A stretch of DNA of 64,000 bases from Bacteroidales bacterium (GCA_016937695.1 JAFGWC010000123.1:3286-67285), one strand, 5' to 3'. Positions 21,301 through 29,732 are shown, numbered from the stretch's first letter. Notes: generated from the sequence alone by a model not told the origin. Made by a program: numbers and translations.

Positions 21301-22886
21301 TTTCAGAAAACAGTTCTATAATTAACGGAACATTATATTTTTGGGATGATGATGGAAGTGATGGAAGCAGCTATCAATCAAATGATTATGCCGCATGGAA
21401 TTTTGCAGGCTCCGTTGGAACTGCTGGTGGTGGTGGACATACACCTAATGGAAGAATTGCTATTGGACAGTCTTTCCTCGTAAGAAAATCTAGCAGCGTT
21501 CCAATTTCTCAAAATGTAACCTTTACAAATACAATGCGAGAAGCAGGCGAAACAGTATTCTTTAAATATTATAGAATAGATAATCCGCAAAGGTTAAGGC
21601 TAAGTGTAGTGAGTGCAAATGGAGATTTATATAACGAAGCGTTAATTGTATTTTTAAATGGTGCTAGCGATGGGTTTGATAATTTATATGATGGGGCTAA
21701 AGTTGAAGGAAATAATGATATTTCTTTTTATAGTCTTATGGGTGATAAAAAATATGCTATTCAATCATTTGCTCCTATAAATTGGAGCGATGAAAGTTCA
21801 GAACTCACTAATAGAAAAATTATTCCTATTGGAATGAATCTTAAAACAGGTGGCAATTATTCAATAAATGTGCAAAATATTGAAAATTTCGAATCTAACG
21901 TAAATATGTATTTATATGATAAAGAAAAAGCTGTTTATACATACTTGAATGATATTGATACTTATTCATTTAACGCAACATGTGGTTACACAAATGATAG
22001 GTTTGAAATTAGATTTGAATCTAACCATGCACCTGTAATTGAAGCAAATATTCCAAGTCAAACTGCAAACGAAGACGAAGCATTTAATTTTACTATTAAC
22101 GAAAGTGCATTTGTAGAACACGATCAAGGTGATTATATTGTGTCTTATATTGCAGGATTACTTGATGGAAGTTCATTACCATCATGGTTAAGTTTTGATG
22201 AAACAAGTAGAACTTTTAATGGTACTGCAACTAATGATAACGTTGGCGTAATAAGCATTAAACTTACGGTAAAAGATGTATTGGGTTCAATAACAAGTCA
22301 AACATTTACACTTGAAGTACTAAATGCAAACGATGCTCCTGAATTGATTACAGAAATCCCAGATCAGGAAACTTACGAAGGAAATAATTATTCATATACA
22401 ATTCCATCAAATACATTTAATGATATTGATTTTGGTGATGAGTTAAAATTATCAGCAAAACAAGTTAATGGAAGTAGTTTGCCTGAATGGTTAAAATTTG
22501 ATTATGTTACCGGACGACTTTATGGAACAGCAAATAATAGTAACAATATAAATATCTTAATAACAGCTACTGATAAATCAGGCGCAACTGTTTCTGATGA
22601 GTTTATTTTAACCGTGAAAAGCACAACTGGTATTGAAACCCTTTCTGAAAGCGAAATAATTTTGTATCCTAATCCAACAGATGGTGTATTTTTCGTGAAA
22701 ACCAATCATTATTCTAATGATATTGATATCATTGTGATGGATTTTAATGGAAAAATAATTCGAAAAGTAAAACCTAGTGGACTTAAAACTGAAATAGATA
22801 TTTCCGAATTTGCTTCAGGATTATATTTTATAGAAATAAGCAATGAAGAAGAATCTAAAGTGTTTAAAATAAATATGGCTAATTAA
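12327..22886 (+). CDS. Giant (3519 aa) secreted T9SS cargo protein / putative adhesin
   Basis: One uninterrupted 10.5-kb ORF. Signal peptide 'MRNKFVTLLILILFSQKFYLNAQ', an N-terminal LamG-like domain, a long N/G/T/S-rich beta-helix-like body with three recurring modules, two cadherin-like domains and a T9SS C-terminal domain. Confidence 0.9.
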   Translation: MRNKFVTLLILILFSQKFYLNAQIGPGGVGNSDGTSSQPHNEVWFDASSLSFSDTDPVTDWTDVSGNDNNGTQGTAGSQPTFRTGQINSFPAVIFDGTDDFIPFDGSVLAGKDYTVIFVGQRRTSNYFKVIMGGTNTGQNNNLHLFWYNNAQFRAHHYSNDLQTNMIPNTESNSSGTDANEFGIFSTRLGSTEADPFRKNYQNNHYIPDADGSFTNSSQLNSWNGAALSRAIFGTTEYYADNDIAEVIIYSTAINAAQLEIVHNYLSEKYNITIDNDRYTAATGCIYDVAGIGMLNNDKHSRSSSAGLYLYEDNGSFDNGEFVFFSHNNATNDVASIQTGSNVTNCGAEAAWNRNWYLAKNGVISVETKLIFDFPEALTGGQYPKTPANYVLLYKAIAGADYSVVTVSAQGLEAADQVYFDVANANLNDGFYTIGTNDQTNSPVEGVSSRTWYALISGDWDNWEVWTLDPSGNLPDNPSHELPSDNSSDKVVIHSGKTVTIPAAHAKITNSSLTVDGRIDFTTNTTIHDFGEIRGNGRILLAADNFPDGDATHFFTKGQGEGTVYYYGSNYNLSTAREFYNVVVDLDVSTNIITQLANYDINGDFTVTSGIWQINDNAATTILDLDVDNDVLMESNGQITVGTGNTIGSFSIPGTMPTSGNYHKIYHQFKIGGNLTNNGTFRMTNQTDPIYNQFTSTGAVTVIFNNPANKTALLNNTSDFYNLIVDKGTDKTYILTINSSNINNFVLYGPNNVGRNESSPFSSSNPEIRKALWIHHGTLKLTGSINIPTLSEGSQVGGNGDYAIGAYASLWIAGSSVNVYSTASDNSSSGNTQVRDGSGSSVTTSTTNQAMSVYGKFRISDGFFGTRNSAGFIFWSAADAQIYIEGGLTDVAQMRGATTTGVASYVQTGGILRARGNETEAGEYAGAYPLFGLEGADAVFQMSGGEIILRDEDNDRDPEFSIESAIGNYLVTGGKITIDLKNLGTADTIQISSTANLWDLEIKNHDNAGIMTVALEHDLTVSHDLTLNAYTGLDVRNPLDGVTDHNLTIGRNFSILEDGTTKNIGIYNYRQNTTTFNGTVDGEFYIGWNHDDDYEQKLWNLTVNKTAGKQITVIGDTEKDPDNVSAEHYNRLVQVVNDANIISGILNQGRQSIRLFAGINILKNGQLGTYENGTTPRTAYIMFRDGDLTIYSDKDVTFGNIKFNSTGTVTFTSDTYIKRIGYYLGLYNIGSYNLKVDYLHRNSTTTNFSVNNGNFGKMIYSDGHASDGGLSILITENTTYSFPIGTATKYTPAEVIITDYYDDGYLTIRPVDNELKTTNLTGGDLLDYYWRVGYEGFTTNPTVQYEFKYDDSDIVGTESNYVAGKVLDGSGYIRSDEGNPPDNVDDANNTITFNNEGTGGFTLENANYTAGDPNRFIGTPDEFHANSSYVSWNTPSAWLENQVPTEGSIVYITDGRRMSGPTTDVGYQAPAETILSGTDARVQYYNSGTYDLGVVKGYGIISFKLPEDATVNGDFADFASDSRSRYLFFASNTSTYTLNHIPQPAPSISLETANWIIDQNNLVLNYDFSCGYNHSNVTVVKDVLIKRNLNISDYDRGSFRFPGSGNSVIVTVEGNVNVGDNIEVINPGSASTLEHKLIVKGNISITENNIDLFNASDRPYVILELQGETDNSYTNSAGTIIDLYRVVLNKGTSQTNKFTFSDDFNLNGPTSGSGVDKALELQNGTLILNDAAINIDLNSGDDDFKIPSTACLEVASGEVNVYGDNTGISLDGKLIVSGGTVDMVNGAGNGNNYIQYSSSGSATISVSSGYLSVGSQIRRGLNSEEGVLKWTQTGGSVVVGENSAPENTRGVFEILNTGSSFTHSGGDFTIVRAQTNPSFAAFYFDPETVNLTSGTEITIGNANTPASQNIGMYINKPLKNLVIAGSNNPVTTLWTVPITVEEDFTIGINTEFDANGLQINMQGNFINNGTYTHNNNLVLFNASTAQEIQGNSATTFYQLTKSTANTLTLQNDIQIDDDLRIEAGTLADNSNDITLLGDIYNVGTHTYGGTGDGITFAGSAQQALDGNGGVYGKLTVNNYDAYNPSGVKLTTSADEIIITNSLKLEQGLFDIGENLLTMQLGASFIEQNPFSETNMVQTNKSFTDSGIKKYFPSGTGSFIYPIGSGGKYTPINIIVSQNTSTTGYLIVKAADEFHSTITEDAEAPDDYEIVDDENVLQYYWSLKAANFTDASGTVEMYYKDEDVMITNANGSTYDVTDYITARLLSDGSGTWNKYDWDDFDEANNKLIFYFADVTENEISGDYTAGIQPNTATRKGAIPNQVPGFISVTSGDWTTTTTWQTYPALEGAGVNVPAGGPRGAIVIIDAGDDVVIDQNYITSYSTEVNGSLAQEDKFGNRLGIVTGTGTILTETGLLPAGYYEEFLSASGGTIDYTGTVDVDILNNITSLNNLRLSGTGERRMPNVDFTVLGNLIIAGSGSTLDFKNEHFQKMTVNGDIIFIGGTFTAGTGANSIVEMGGDSQQTITGNFTEANNNSAFNHFEMSNASGIILSDDIEIRNDLYFNLGSIISTTTNTITLLSSATDVVDGAGIGKFVDGPLYKYINNGSSFTFPVGDNTRYGELNITSTVTSTSPDIWEIEYYNHNPNFDGFDPALFNSPLQVVSSNEYWRIKAPANAIAKVGVRWDDNSGMTTDATNRNSMRITEWRDLGTIGVTTDDKWEEVDASNLITGTQSAGTVTQNANSTTFNEFANGNYFTLSTTYTPTTLTWDGSTSIAWNETTNWNNNIVPTSVDNIIIPNTGVTNEPTIVDGVNAVCSAMDLQSDRTLTINPTASLTLSGALTMDGDITLKSNSLGTGTLIDNGDISGGGIATVERFLTGGNFHYISAPLATVPNITFYRIMPGETGVNNNYYLYDETNTNANWAYGWTPVTSGNMTVSRGYAFYYTKDWTFNLTGGSFNTGTKTYAVTNQGSGVDSDGWNLIGNPYPSAISADEFISENSSIINGTLYFWDDDGSDGSSYQSNDYAAWNFAGSVGTAGGGGHTPNGRIAIGQSFLVRKSSSVPISQNVTFTNTMREAGETVFFKYYRIDNPQRLRLSVVSANGDLYNEALIVFLNGASDGFDNLYDGAKVEGNNDISFYSLMGDKKYAIQSFAPINWSDESSELTNRKIIPIGMNLKTGGNYSINVQNIENFESNVNMYLYDKEKAVYTYLNDIDTYSFNATCGYTNDRFEIRFESNHAPVIEANIPSQTANEDEAFNFTINESAFVEHDQGDYIVSYIAGLLDGSSLPSWLSFDETSRTFNGTATNDNVGVISIKLTVKDVLGSITSQTFTLEVLNANDAPELITEIPDQETYEGNNYSYTIPSNTFNDIDFGDELKLSAKQVNGSSLPEWLKFDYVTGRLYGTANNSNNINILITATDKSGATVSDEFILTVKSTTGIETLSESEIILYPNPTDGVFFVKTNHYSNDIDIIVMDFNGKIIRKVKPSGLKTEIDISEFASGLYFIEISNEEESKVFKINMAN
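12450..13145 (+). other. LamG / concanavalin-A-like lectin domain of the giant protein
   Basis: Pattern 'VTDWTDVSGNDNNGTQ...SQPTF...FPAVIFDGTDDFIPF...DYTVIFVG...IAEVIIYSTAINAAQLEIVHNYL' is typical of Laminin_G_3-type domains. Boundaries are approximate. Confidence 0.55.
22024..22620 (+). repeat. Two tandem dystroglycan-type cadherin-like (putative Ig) domains
   Basis: 'IPSQTANEDEAFNFTINESAF...GSSLPSWLSFDETSRTFNGTATNDNVGVISIKLTVKD' and 'IPDQETYEGNNYSYTIPSNTFND...GSSLPEWLKFDYVTGRLYGTANN...ILITATDKSGA'. Confidence 0.65.
22653..22883 (+). other. T9SS C-terminal sorting domain (type A)
   Basis: 'IILYPNPTDGVFFVKT...DIIVMDFNGKIIRKV......DISEFASGLYFIEISNEEESKVFKI'. Confidence 0.8.
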
Positions 22887-23058
22887 TTTGTAGTTATATA
22901 ATTTAAGCTCAATTTTTGGCTATAATATTTTTTTTAGAAATAAACTTTGTGAACCTTTAACTTTTAAACTCCAAATTTTTTATGAATAATTTGGGTTAAC
23001 AATATATTTTCTACATTGCAACTAAAATATTGTATCCATTTTTATCATAATAAAATAA

Positions 23059-23967
23059 ATGAAAACACCAGTATCATTAGTTTTATCAAGTGGCAGCGCA
23101 AGAGGAATGGCACATATAGGCGTTATTGAAGCACTTGAAGAAAATGGCTTTGAAATAAAAGAAATTGCTGGATGCTCAATTGGTGCGTTAATTGGAGGAG
23201 TTTATGCTGCAGGAAAATTACAATATCTTAAAGAATGGCTTTGTAATTTGCATAAAATTGATGTATTCAAACTTATGGACTTTAGCTTTGGAAGTCAAGG
23301 ATTTATTAAGGGGAATAAAGTTTTTAATGAAGTTAATAAATTTATAAAAGACATTAATATTGAAGATTTAAAAATACCTTTTTCTGCTGTTGCTGTTGAT
23401 ATTAATAAACAAGAAGAATATATTTTCAGAAACGGAAACCTGCAAAATGCTATAAGAGCCTCTGTTGCAATTCCAAATGTAATTCAACCTTTTAAATATA
23501 ACAATTCATTTTTTGTTGATGGAGGTGTTTTAAACCCTTTACCAATTAATTTGTTAAATCATAATAACAAAAACTTATTAGTTGTTGTTGATTTGAATTC
23601 ATTAAATATTATTGGAGAAAAAATACAGATAATAAATAAAACGCCTGCACAAGAAAAAAAAGAACAAAAAAGCATTTTAAAAAGCATTGAATTTAAAGAA
23701 AGATGGGATAAAATATTTCCTAATAATAAAAAAGAAAAGGAAAAGGAAACTGAAAAATTAGGATATCTTACTATTTTAAATAGGTCTTTTGATATGATGC
23801 AAAATAAAATAAGTAAACAAGCCATTAATGAATTCAAACCAGACATTCTTATTGAAATTTCAAAATCTGCATGTAATACTTTCGACTTTTACAAAGCAGA
23901 CGAAATGATTGCACTTGGAAAATCAACTTGTAACAAAGTATTAGCAGAATATAAACTCAAAAAATAA
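23059..23967 (+). CDS. Patatin-like phospholipase
   Basis: Oxyanion 'LSSGSARGMAHIGV', nucleophile elbow 'GCSIGALIG' (GxSxG) and catalytic Asp motif 'FVDGGVLNPLP'. Confidence 0.85.
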   Translation: MKTPVSLVLSSGSARGMAHIGVIEALEENGFEIKEIAGCSIGALIGGVYAAGKLQYLKEWLCNLHKIDVFKLMDFSFGSQGFIKGNKVFNEVNKFIKDINIEDLKIPFSAVAVDINKQEEYIFRNGNLQNAIRASVAIPNVIQPFKYNNSFFVDGGVLNPLPINLLNHNNKNLLVVVDLNSLNIIGEKIQIINKTPAQEKKEQKSILKSIEFKERWDKIFPNNKKEKEKETEKLGYLTILNRSFDMMQNKISKQAINEFKPDILIEISKSACNTFDFYKADEMIALGKSTCNKVLAEYKLKK

Positions 23968-24043
23968 AAATTTTATAAAAAAATTTCATGAAAGCTATTT
24001 TTTGCTCTATTATTGCAATATTATTTCAAACAAAACTAAAATA

Positions 24044-24274
24044 ATGACTGATAATTGTCCTAAAACAGAAAAATGTCCTCTTTTTCAAGGCGAAATTCTT
24101 GCCAGCAAAAAAGCGCAGGAAATATATATGGATTTATACTGCACTAAAGGAGAAACAGGCAGAAACAGATGTAAAAGATTCCTTTTAAGTTTAGAAATTA
24201 ATAATCCTGTTCCAATTGATGTAATGCCAAACGATACAAGAAATCTTGATAAATTAATTGAAATTTATTCATAA
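24044..24274 (+). CDS. Small (76 aa) hypothetical four-Cys protein
   Basis: Start set at the internal ATG (MTDNCPKTEKCPLFQG...). Cys residues sit at C5, C11, C33 and C43. It lies 76 nt after the patatin gene and is followed by a strong hairpin. No family recognised. Confidence 0.45.
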   Translation: MTDNCPKTEKCPLFQGEILASKKAQEIYMDLYCTKGETGRNRCKRFLLSLEINNPVPIDVMPNDTRNLDKLIEIYS

Positions 24275-24278
24275 TTAA

Positions 24279-24305
24279 GAGTTACTTGATTTTCACAAGT
24301 AACTC
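24279..24305. terminator. Bidirectional hairpin between convergent genes
   Basis: Perfect 10-bp stem gagttacttg / caagtaactc with a 7-nt loop. Confidence 0.6.
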
Positions 24306-24317
24306 ATTATAATTTAA

Positions 24318-25205
24318 TTATTCTAAATACACCGAAATTAAAGGCAATTGCATACTCCAATTTGTAGGATTTAAAGCATCTAAATCTGCCGAACCAAAAT
24401 ATCCATCTAGACTTTTATCTTCAAATTGCCAACAATCTTCTACATCAAATTCAACAACTAAAGTTTTACCACTTGAATTTTCATCAAAATTAAAAGTTAC
24501 ATTTGAATAATAAATCGGATGTGGATCATTATTCATAAAATCAGTATTGCCAAATGGGCCGTAATTATTAGCAGACTTTCCTGCAAAATCATACCATGAA
24601 ACTCCGTCACCATCATGTGTATAGGCACTAACTCTCGGAGAAACCGGATCCATATCAGGAAATTGTCCCTCTCCCAATAACCAGCCATACTCAATTCCGC
24701 CATCACTAATTTGAGTCATATCGCCAGGTTGGTGTAATCCTCCTTCCGTTTCAGCATCATCAGATAAATATATTCTAATATTTCTTCTTTCAACTCCCCT
24801 ATTAGTTGTTGAAATATTAATATTCATTTGCAAATAATAAATCTCTATCTTTAAGCCCGAATAATCACCTTCAGGGATATCATCGCCTTGTAATAAACTT
24901 CTTTTTATATTTTCATCAGTAAAATCAAAAACTAAAGAATTAGATAAATTTGAGTTGTTAAATAATTGATAATCTGCAGTTTCATTTTCGCCGATTAAAA
25001 CTGCACTTTTTAAAGCAATATAATAATTGCTTGGCGTTTCTAATGTCATTGGTATCGTTTCTGCATTTTTTAAACTTTGACCAAAGCTAACGGTAATTTT
25101 AACATCATTAAAATTAACAGATGGAGAAGACTCATCTTTATTGCAACTTAATGAAAACAAAAAAGTTACAACTAAAATTAACATTATAATTGATTTTTTT
25201 TTCAT
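24318..25205 (-). CDS. Hypothetical lipoprotein (295 aa)
   Basis: Lipobox 'LFSLSC'. Acidic, beta-rich mature part. No family recognised. Confidence 0.65.
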   Translation of the reverse strand: MKKKSIIMLILVVTFLFSLSCNKDESSPSVNFNDVKITVSFGQSLKNAETIPMTLETPSNYYIALKSAVLIGENETADYQLFNNSNLSNSLVFDFTDENIKRSLLQGDDIPEGDYSGLKIEIYYLQMNINISTTNRGVERRNIRIYLSDDAETEGGLHQPGDMTQISDGGIEYGWLLGEGQFPDMDPVSPRVSAYTHDGDGVSWYDFAGKSANNYGPFGNTDFMNNDPHPIYYSNVTFNFDENSSGKTLVVEFDVEDCWQFEDKSLDGYFGSADLDALNPTNWSMQLPLISVYLE

Positions 25206-25283
25206 TTGTAATTAAATTTTTAATTTTTAACAAAGTAGATTTAAGAAAAATATCTTTTTTTTATTTATAAGAATAACTCTGAT

Positions 25284-26084
25284 TTATCTAATTTTATTAT
25301 CAATAAAACCATTAATTATTTCTAAAGATTTTTCCTTTTCTTCTATAAAACCCATATGTCCTGATTTTTCAAGAACCACAATTTCTGAATTTTCCGGTAA
25401 CTCCAACTTCTCTAAAATATCCATAGAAATAAAATTATCTTTTTTACCAATAATATAAATAAACGGAATTTTAATATATTTTAATATTTCTGTTCTATCT
25501 TTTCTATTTTTCATTGAATTTAAAGTCTGAATAATAGCTTCATCAGACATGTTTTTTGCTATATCATTCATTTCTTCAATTTTTGATTTAAACTTTTCAA
25601 TATTCTCTTCAGCAAATGTTTTAGGAAAATGATTATTATAAATTTGAGCTTTTTTACCTTCTTTTACTATTTCGATTTCTCTATCACGATTTCTTTTTTT
25701 CTCTTCGCTATCAGCAAAAGGACTTGAATGAAATAACGAAATTGCTTCCAAAAATTCCGGATATTTTTCTAAAAAAGCAAGTGCAACATAACCACCCAGT
25801 GAATGACCAACAACAAAACACTTATTAACACTCTCATTTACAAGAATATACTTTACAATATCAGCCATCTTTCCAATTGAATTTTCAATTAAAAAAACAT
25901 CTGAAAAACCATGTCCAGGCAAATCAGGAACTATTACTTTATATTTTTTTGATAATTCTGATGAAAAATCGTTCCAAACCTCAAGCGATTCTAAATAACC
26001 ATGAAGCAAAACAATTACTTTTTCACTTTGCCCTTCAATTTTATATCTAAAATCTGAATTTTCAATTCTAAATATTTTATCCAT
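25284..26084 (-). CDS. Alpha/beta-fold hydrolase
   Basis: 'VIVLLHGYLES', 'PDLPGHG' and nucleophile elbow 'VVGHSLGG'. Confidence 0.8.
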   Translation of the reverse strand: MDKIFRIENSDFRYKIEGQSEKVIVLLHGYLESLEVWNDFSSELSKKYKVIVPDLPGHGFSDVFLIENSIGKMADIVKYILVNESVNKCFVVGHSLGGYVALAFLEKYPEFLEAISLFHSSPFADSEEKKRNRDREIEIVKEGKKAQIYNNHFPKTFAEENIEKFKSKIEEMNDIAKNMSDEAIIQTLNSMKNRKDRTEILKYIKIPFIYIIGKKDNFISMDILEKLELPENSEIVVLEKSGHMGFIEEKEKSLEIINGFIDNKIR

Positions 26085-26236
26085 ATAATTTTTTCAATAA
26101 AATTAAATTAATAAAATATTTTTTTCAACTCCTAATTTCTTAATTTTCTGCAAACATGACAAATATCATGTTATTTAAAATTACTCTAAATTATTTTATC
26201 ATGTTTATTAACATTTTATTTTCATTATTAAAAATA

Positions 26237-26244
26237 TACATTTG
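26237..26244 (+). promoter_or_regulatory. Candidate -7 box (TACATTTG) for the sdh/frd operon
   Basis: Matches TAnnTTTG 59 nt upstream of the sdhC ATG. There is no clean TTTG -33 element at the expected spacing. Confidence 0.3.
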
Positions 26245-26302
26245 TGCATATTAGTTTTTTTTATAAACGCATGATGTTAATTTTATTTTAAACCTATAAC
26301 TT

Positions 26303-26989
26303 ATGAGTGGATTTTTTAAGTCCTCTGTTGGACAAAAGTTTTTAATGAGTATTACAGGTTTGTTTCTAATTGTGTTCCTTGCTGTACACTTAACTGCAAA
26401 TCTGTTTTTATTAGCTGGTTCTGATGCGTTTAATGTAGTTGCTGATTTTATGGACCTTAATCCAATAATTCAAATTATGCAGCCTATTTTGGCCGCCGGA
26501 TTTATTTTCCATATAATTTATGCTTCTATATTAACTTTACAGAATCAGAAAGCAAGACCTAAAGCATATAAAAAATTTGAACAAGGTCATAGTAGTACTT
26601 GGGCCTCAAGAAACATGTACGTTTTGGGCACATTAATTTTAGTATTTTTGGTTATTCACATAATCAACTTCTTCTGGAAAATTAAAGTTTCAGGTTCACC
26701 TCTTTTAGCAGAAGTCAATATCGATGGCGAAATGATGCATAATTCTTATGCTCTGGTTGCAGGATTATTTATGGACGCTCAACTTGGCATTGTTTACTCA
26801 ATTTTATACATTATTGGAGCTATTGCACTTGGTTTACATCTGCATCATGCTTTCTGGTCAGCTTTGCAAACTTTTGGCTGGAGCAACAATGTATGGAGAA
26901 AAAGGCTTGAAGTAATTGGTGATATTTATGCTGTTATTATTGCAGCAGGATTTTCAATTATTCCTCTCTATTTTTTAATTTTTATGTAA
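26303..26989 (+). CDS. sdhC: Succinate dehydrogenase/fumarate reductase cytochrome b subunit (b558 family)
   Basis: 228-aa five-TM protein with conserved His residues ('AVHLTANL', 'IFHIIYA', 'LHLHHAFWSA'), first gene ahead of the flavoprotein and Fe-S subunits. Confidence 0.85.
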   Translation: MSGFFKSSVGQKFLMSITGLFLIVFLAVHLTANLFLLAGSDAFNVVADFMDLNPIIQIMQPILAAGFIFHIIYASILTLQNQKARPKAYKKFEQGHSSTWASRNMYVLGTLILVFLVIHIINFFWKIKVSGSPLLAEVNIDGEMMHNSYALVAGLFMDAQLGIVYSILYIIGAIALGLHLHHAFWSALQTFGWSNNVWRKRLEVIGDIYAVIIAAGFSIIPLYFLIFM

Positions 26990-27032
26990 AATTTCTAATT
27001 AATCTGTTTTCAGATATAATTAATATAGAATT

Positions 27033-28970
27033 ATGACAAAATTAGATTCAAAAATTCCTGAAGGTATTCTAAAGGAAAAATGGACAAATTATAAAGCGCA
27101 TCAAAATCTTGTAAACCCTGCCAACAAAAGAAAAATAGAAATTATTGTAGTTGGAACTGGTTTAGCAGGTGCTTCTGCCGCCGCTAGTCTTGGCGAATTA
27201 GGTTTTAAAGTAAAAAACTTTTGTTACCAAGATAGTCCAAGACGTGCTCATAGTATTGCTGCTCAAGGCGGTATAAACGCAGCCAAAAACTATCCAAACG
27301 ATGGCGATTCAATTTATCGTTTATTTTACGATACTGTTAAAGGTGGAGATTACAGAGCAAGAGAAGAAAACGTATACAGACTTGCCGAAGTAAGTAACGA
27401 TATTATAGACCAAGGAGTTGCTCAAGGCATTCCTTTTGCAAGAGATTATGGTGGTTTATTAGATAATCGGTCATTTGGCGGTGCTCTTGTATCAAGAACT
27501 TTTTACGCTAGAGGTCAAACCGGTCAACAATTATTACTTGGTGCATATGCCGGACTAAATCGTCAAATAGCAAAAAAAACAGTAACAATGTATCCTCGTA
27601 CAGAAATGCTCGATATTGTTATTATTGACGGAAAAGCGAGAGGGATTATTACCAGAAACCTTATAACCGGTGAAATAGAAAGCCATTTCGGACACGCTGT
27701 AGTTTTAGCAACTGGTGGATATGGTAATGTATTTTTTCTTTCTACAAATGCTATGGGTTCTAATGGAAGTGCTGCATGGAAAGCTTATAAAAAAGGCGCA
27801 TTCTTTGCAAATGCTTCGTTTGTACAAATTCACCCAACTTGTATTCCAGTTCATGGTGAATTTCAATCTAAACTAACACTTATGAGTGAAAGTTTAAGAA
27901 ATGATGGTAGAATTTGGGTTCCTGCTAAAAAAGAAGATGCTGAAGCAATTAGAAATAAACAAAAAACCCCAGAACAAATTCCTGAAGAAGACAGAGATTA
28001 TTATTTAGAAAGAAGATATCCTGCTTTTGGTAATTTAGTACCTCGAGATGTTGCTTCAAGAGCTGCAAAAGAAAGATGTGATGCAGGTCATGGTGTTGAA
28101 ACAGGGCAAGCTGTTTATCTTGACTTTAAGGATGCTATTGCAAGACTTGGAAAGGACGTTATTGAAGCTAGATACGGAAACTTATTCCAAATGTATGAGA
28201 AAATTGTAAATGCTGATCCATATACAACTCCAATGATGATTTATCCAGCTATTCACTATACAATGGGTGGTACTTGGGTAGATTATGAATTACAAACAAC
28301 TGTTCCGGGATTATTCTCTATTGGAGAAGCTAACTTCTCAGACCATGGCGCAAACAGACTTGGAGCTTCTGCTTTAATGCAAGGCTTAGCTGACGGATAT
28401 TTTGTTTTACCTTATACAATTCAAAACTATCTTGCAGATCAACACTCTGTTAAAGCTTTTGATACAAAATTGCCTGAGTTTATTCAAGCAGAAGAAAATG
28501 CCAAAGCAGATATTGCTAAATTAATGAATGTTAAAGGCAGTGAGTCTGTTGATTCTATTCACAAAAAACTTGGTCATATTATGTGGGATCATGTTGGAAT
28601 GGAGAGAAATGAAGCCGGACTTAAGCAAGGTATTGAAATGATAAAAGCTTTAAGAGAAGAATTTTGGAAAAATGTTAGAATTCCTGGTGAAACAAACACA
28701 GTAAATGTTGAACTTGAAAAAGCTATCAGACTTGCAGACTTCCTTGAAATGGGTGAATTAATGGCTAAAGATGCTTTAAACAGAGAAGAATCATGTGGCG
28801 GCCACTTCCGTTCTGAACACAAAACAGAAGAAGGAGAAGCTCTAAGACACGATGATAAATTTATGTATGTTGCAGCTTGGGAGTATAAAGGTGATAACCA
28901 AGAACCTGAATTGCATAAAGAAAATCTTAGTTATAAAGGAATTGAAGTTAAAACAAGAAATTACAAATAA
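27033..28970 (+). CDS. sdhA: Succinate dehydrogenase/fumarate reductase flavoprotein subunit
   Basis: FAD-binding '[14 protein letters not shown]', covalent-FAD His region '[16 protein letters not shown]', 'HPTCIP' and 'ESCGGHFR'. Confidence 0.95.
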   Translation: MTKLDSKIPEGILKEKWTNYKAHQNLVNPANKRKIEIIVVGTGLAGASAAASLGELGFKVKNFCYQDSPRRAHSIAAQGGINAAKNYPNDGDSIYRLFYDTVKGGDYRAREENVYRLAEVSNDIIDQGVAQGIPFARDYGGLLDNRSFGGALVSRTFYARGQTGQQLLLGAYAGLNRQIAKKTVTMYPRTEMLDIVIIDGKARGIITRNLITGEIESHFGHAVVLATGGYGNVFFLSTNAMGSNGSAAWKAYKKGAFFANASFVQIHPTCIPVHGEFQSKLTLMSESLRNDGRIWVPAKKEDAEAIRNKQKTPEQIPEEDRDYYLERRYPAFGNLVPRDVASRAAKERCDAGHGVETGQAVYLDFKDAIARLGKDVIEARYGNLFQMYEKIVNADPYTTPMMIYPAIHYTMGGTWVDYELQTTVPGLFSIGEANFSDHGANRLGASALMQGLADGYFVLPYTIQNYLADQHSVKAFDTKLPEFIQAEENAKADIAKLMNVKGSESVDSIHKKLGHIMWDHVGMERNEAGLKQGIEMIKALREEFWKNVRIPGETNTVNVELEKAIRLADFLEMGELMAKDALNREESCGGHFRSEHKTEEGEALRHDDKFMYVAAWEYKGDNQEPELHKENLSYKGIEVKTRNYK

Positions 28971-28976
28971 GATATT

Positions 28977-29732
28977 ATGTCAAAAAATATAAATCTCACA
29001 CTTAAAGTTTGGAGACAAAAAGACGCCAAAGCAAAAGGTCAATTTGAAACTTACTCTGTTAAAGATATTTCTACCGACAGTTCTTTTCTTGAAATGATGG
29101 ATGTGCTTAACGAGCAATTAATTGGTGAAGGAAAAGAACCTGTTGCGTTTGACCATGACTGTCGTGAAGGTATTTGCGGAATGTGTAGTATGTACATTAA
29201 TGGTAGAGCTCACGGACCAGATACACTTATCCCAACTTGTCAATTGCATATGCGCAAATTTAAGGATAGTGAAACTATTACTATTGAACCTTGGCGTGCT
29301 GGCGGTTTTCCTATCATTAAAGATTTAATGGTAGATAGAAGTGCTTTTGATAAAATTTTACAAGCTGGCGGTTTTATTTCTGTAAATACAGGAGGAGTAC
29401 CAGATGCTAATGCTATTCCTATTCCTAAAGAAGATGCTGACGAAGCAATGGATGCAGCTTCTTGTATTGGATGTGGAGCTTGCGTAGCAACTTGCAAAAA
29501 CTCATCGGCAATGTTATTTGTATCTGCAAAAGTATCGCAACTTGCACTATTACCTCAAGGAAAAATTGAAGCAAGTAAACGGGCAATTAATATGATTGCA
29601 ACTATGGATGAGCTTGGTTTTGGAAACTGCTCAAACACAGGTGCTTGCGAAGTTGAATGCCCAAAAGGTATTACAATTGCACATATTGCTAGATTGAATA
29701 GAGAGTTTTTAGTAGCTAACCTTAAAGGTTAA
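28977..29732 (+). CDS. sdhB: Succinate dehydrogenase/fumarate reductase iron-sulfur subunit
   Basis: Cys clusters '[11 protein letters not shown]', '[11 protein letters not shown]' and '[12 protein letters not shown]'. Confidence 0.95.
   Translation: MSKNINLTLKVWRQKDAKAKGQFETYSVKDISTDSSFLEMMDVLNEQLIGEGKEPVAFDHDCREGICGMCSMYINGRAHGPDTLIPTCQLHMRKFKDSETITIEPWRAGGFPIIKDLMVDRSAFDKILQAGGFISVNTGGVPDANAIPIPKEDADEAMDAASCIGCGACVATCKNSSAMLFVSAKVSQLALLPQGKIEASKRAINMIATMDELGFGNCSNTGACEVECPKGITIAHIARLNREFLVANLKG

Noticed and set aside
25194-25202. A9 homopolymer immediately after the start codon of the 295-aa lipoprotein, as a possible phase-variation tract
   Set aside because: It simply encodes the 'MKKK' signal-peptide n-region, which is common in this AT-rich genome. 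A length of 9 is marginal for slippage, and I have no evidence of variation.
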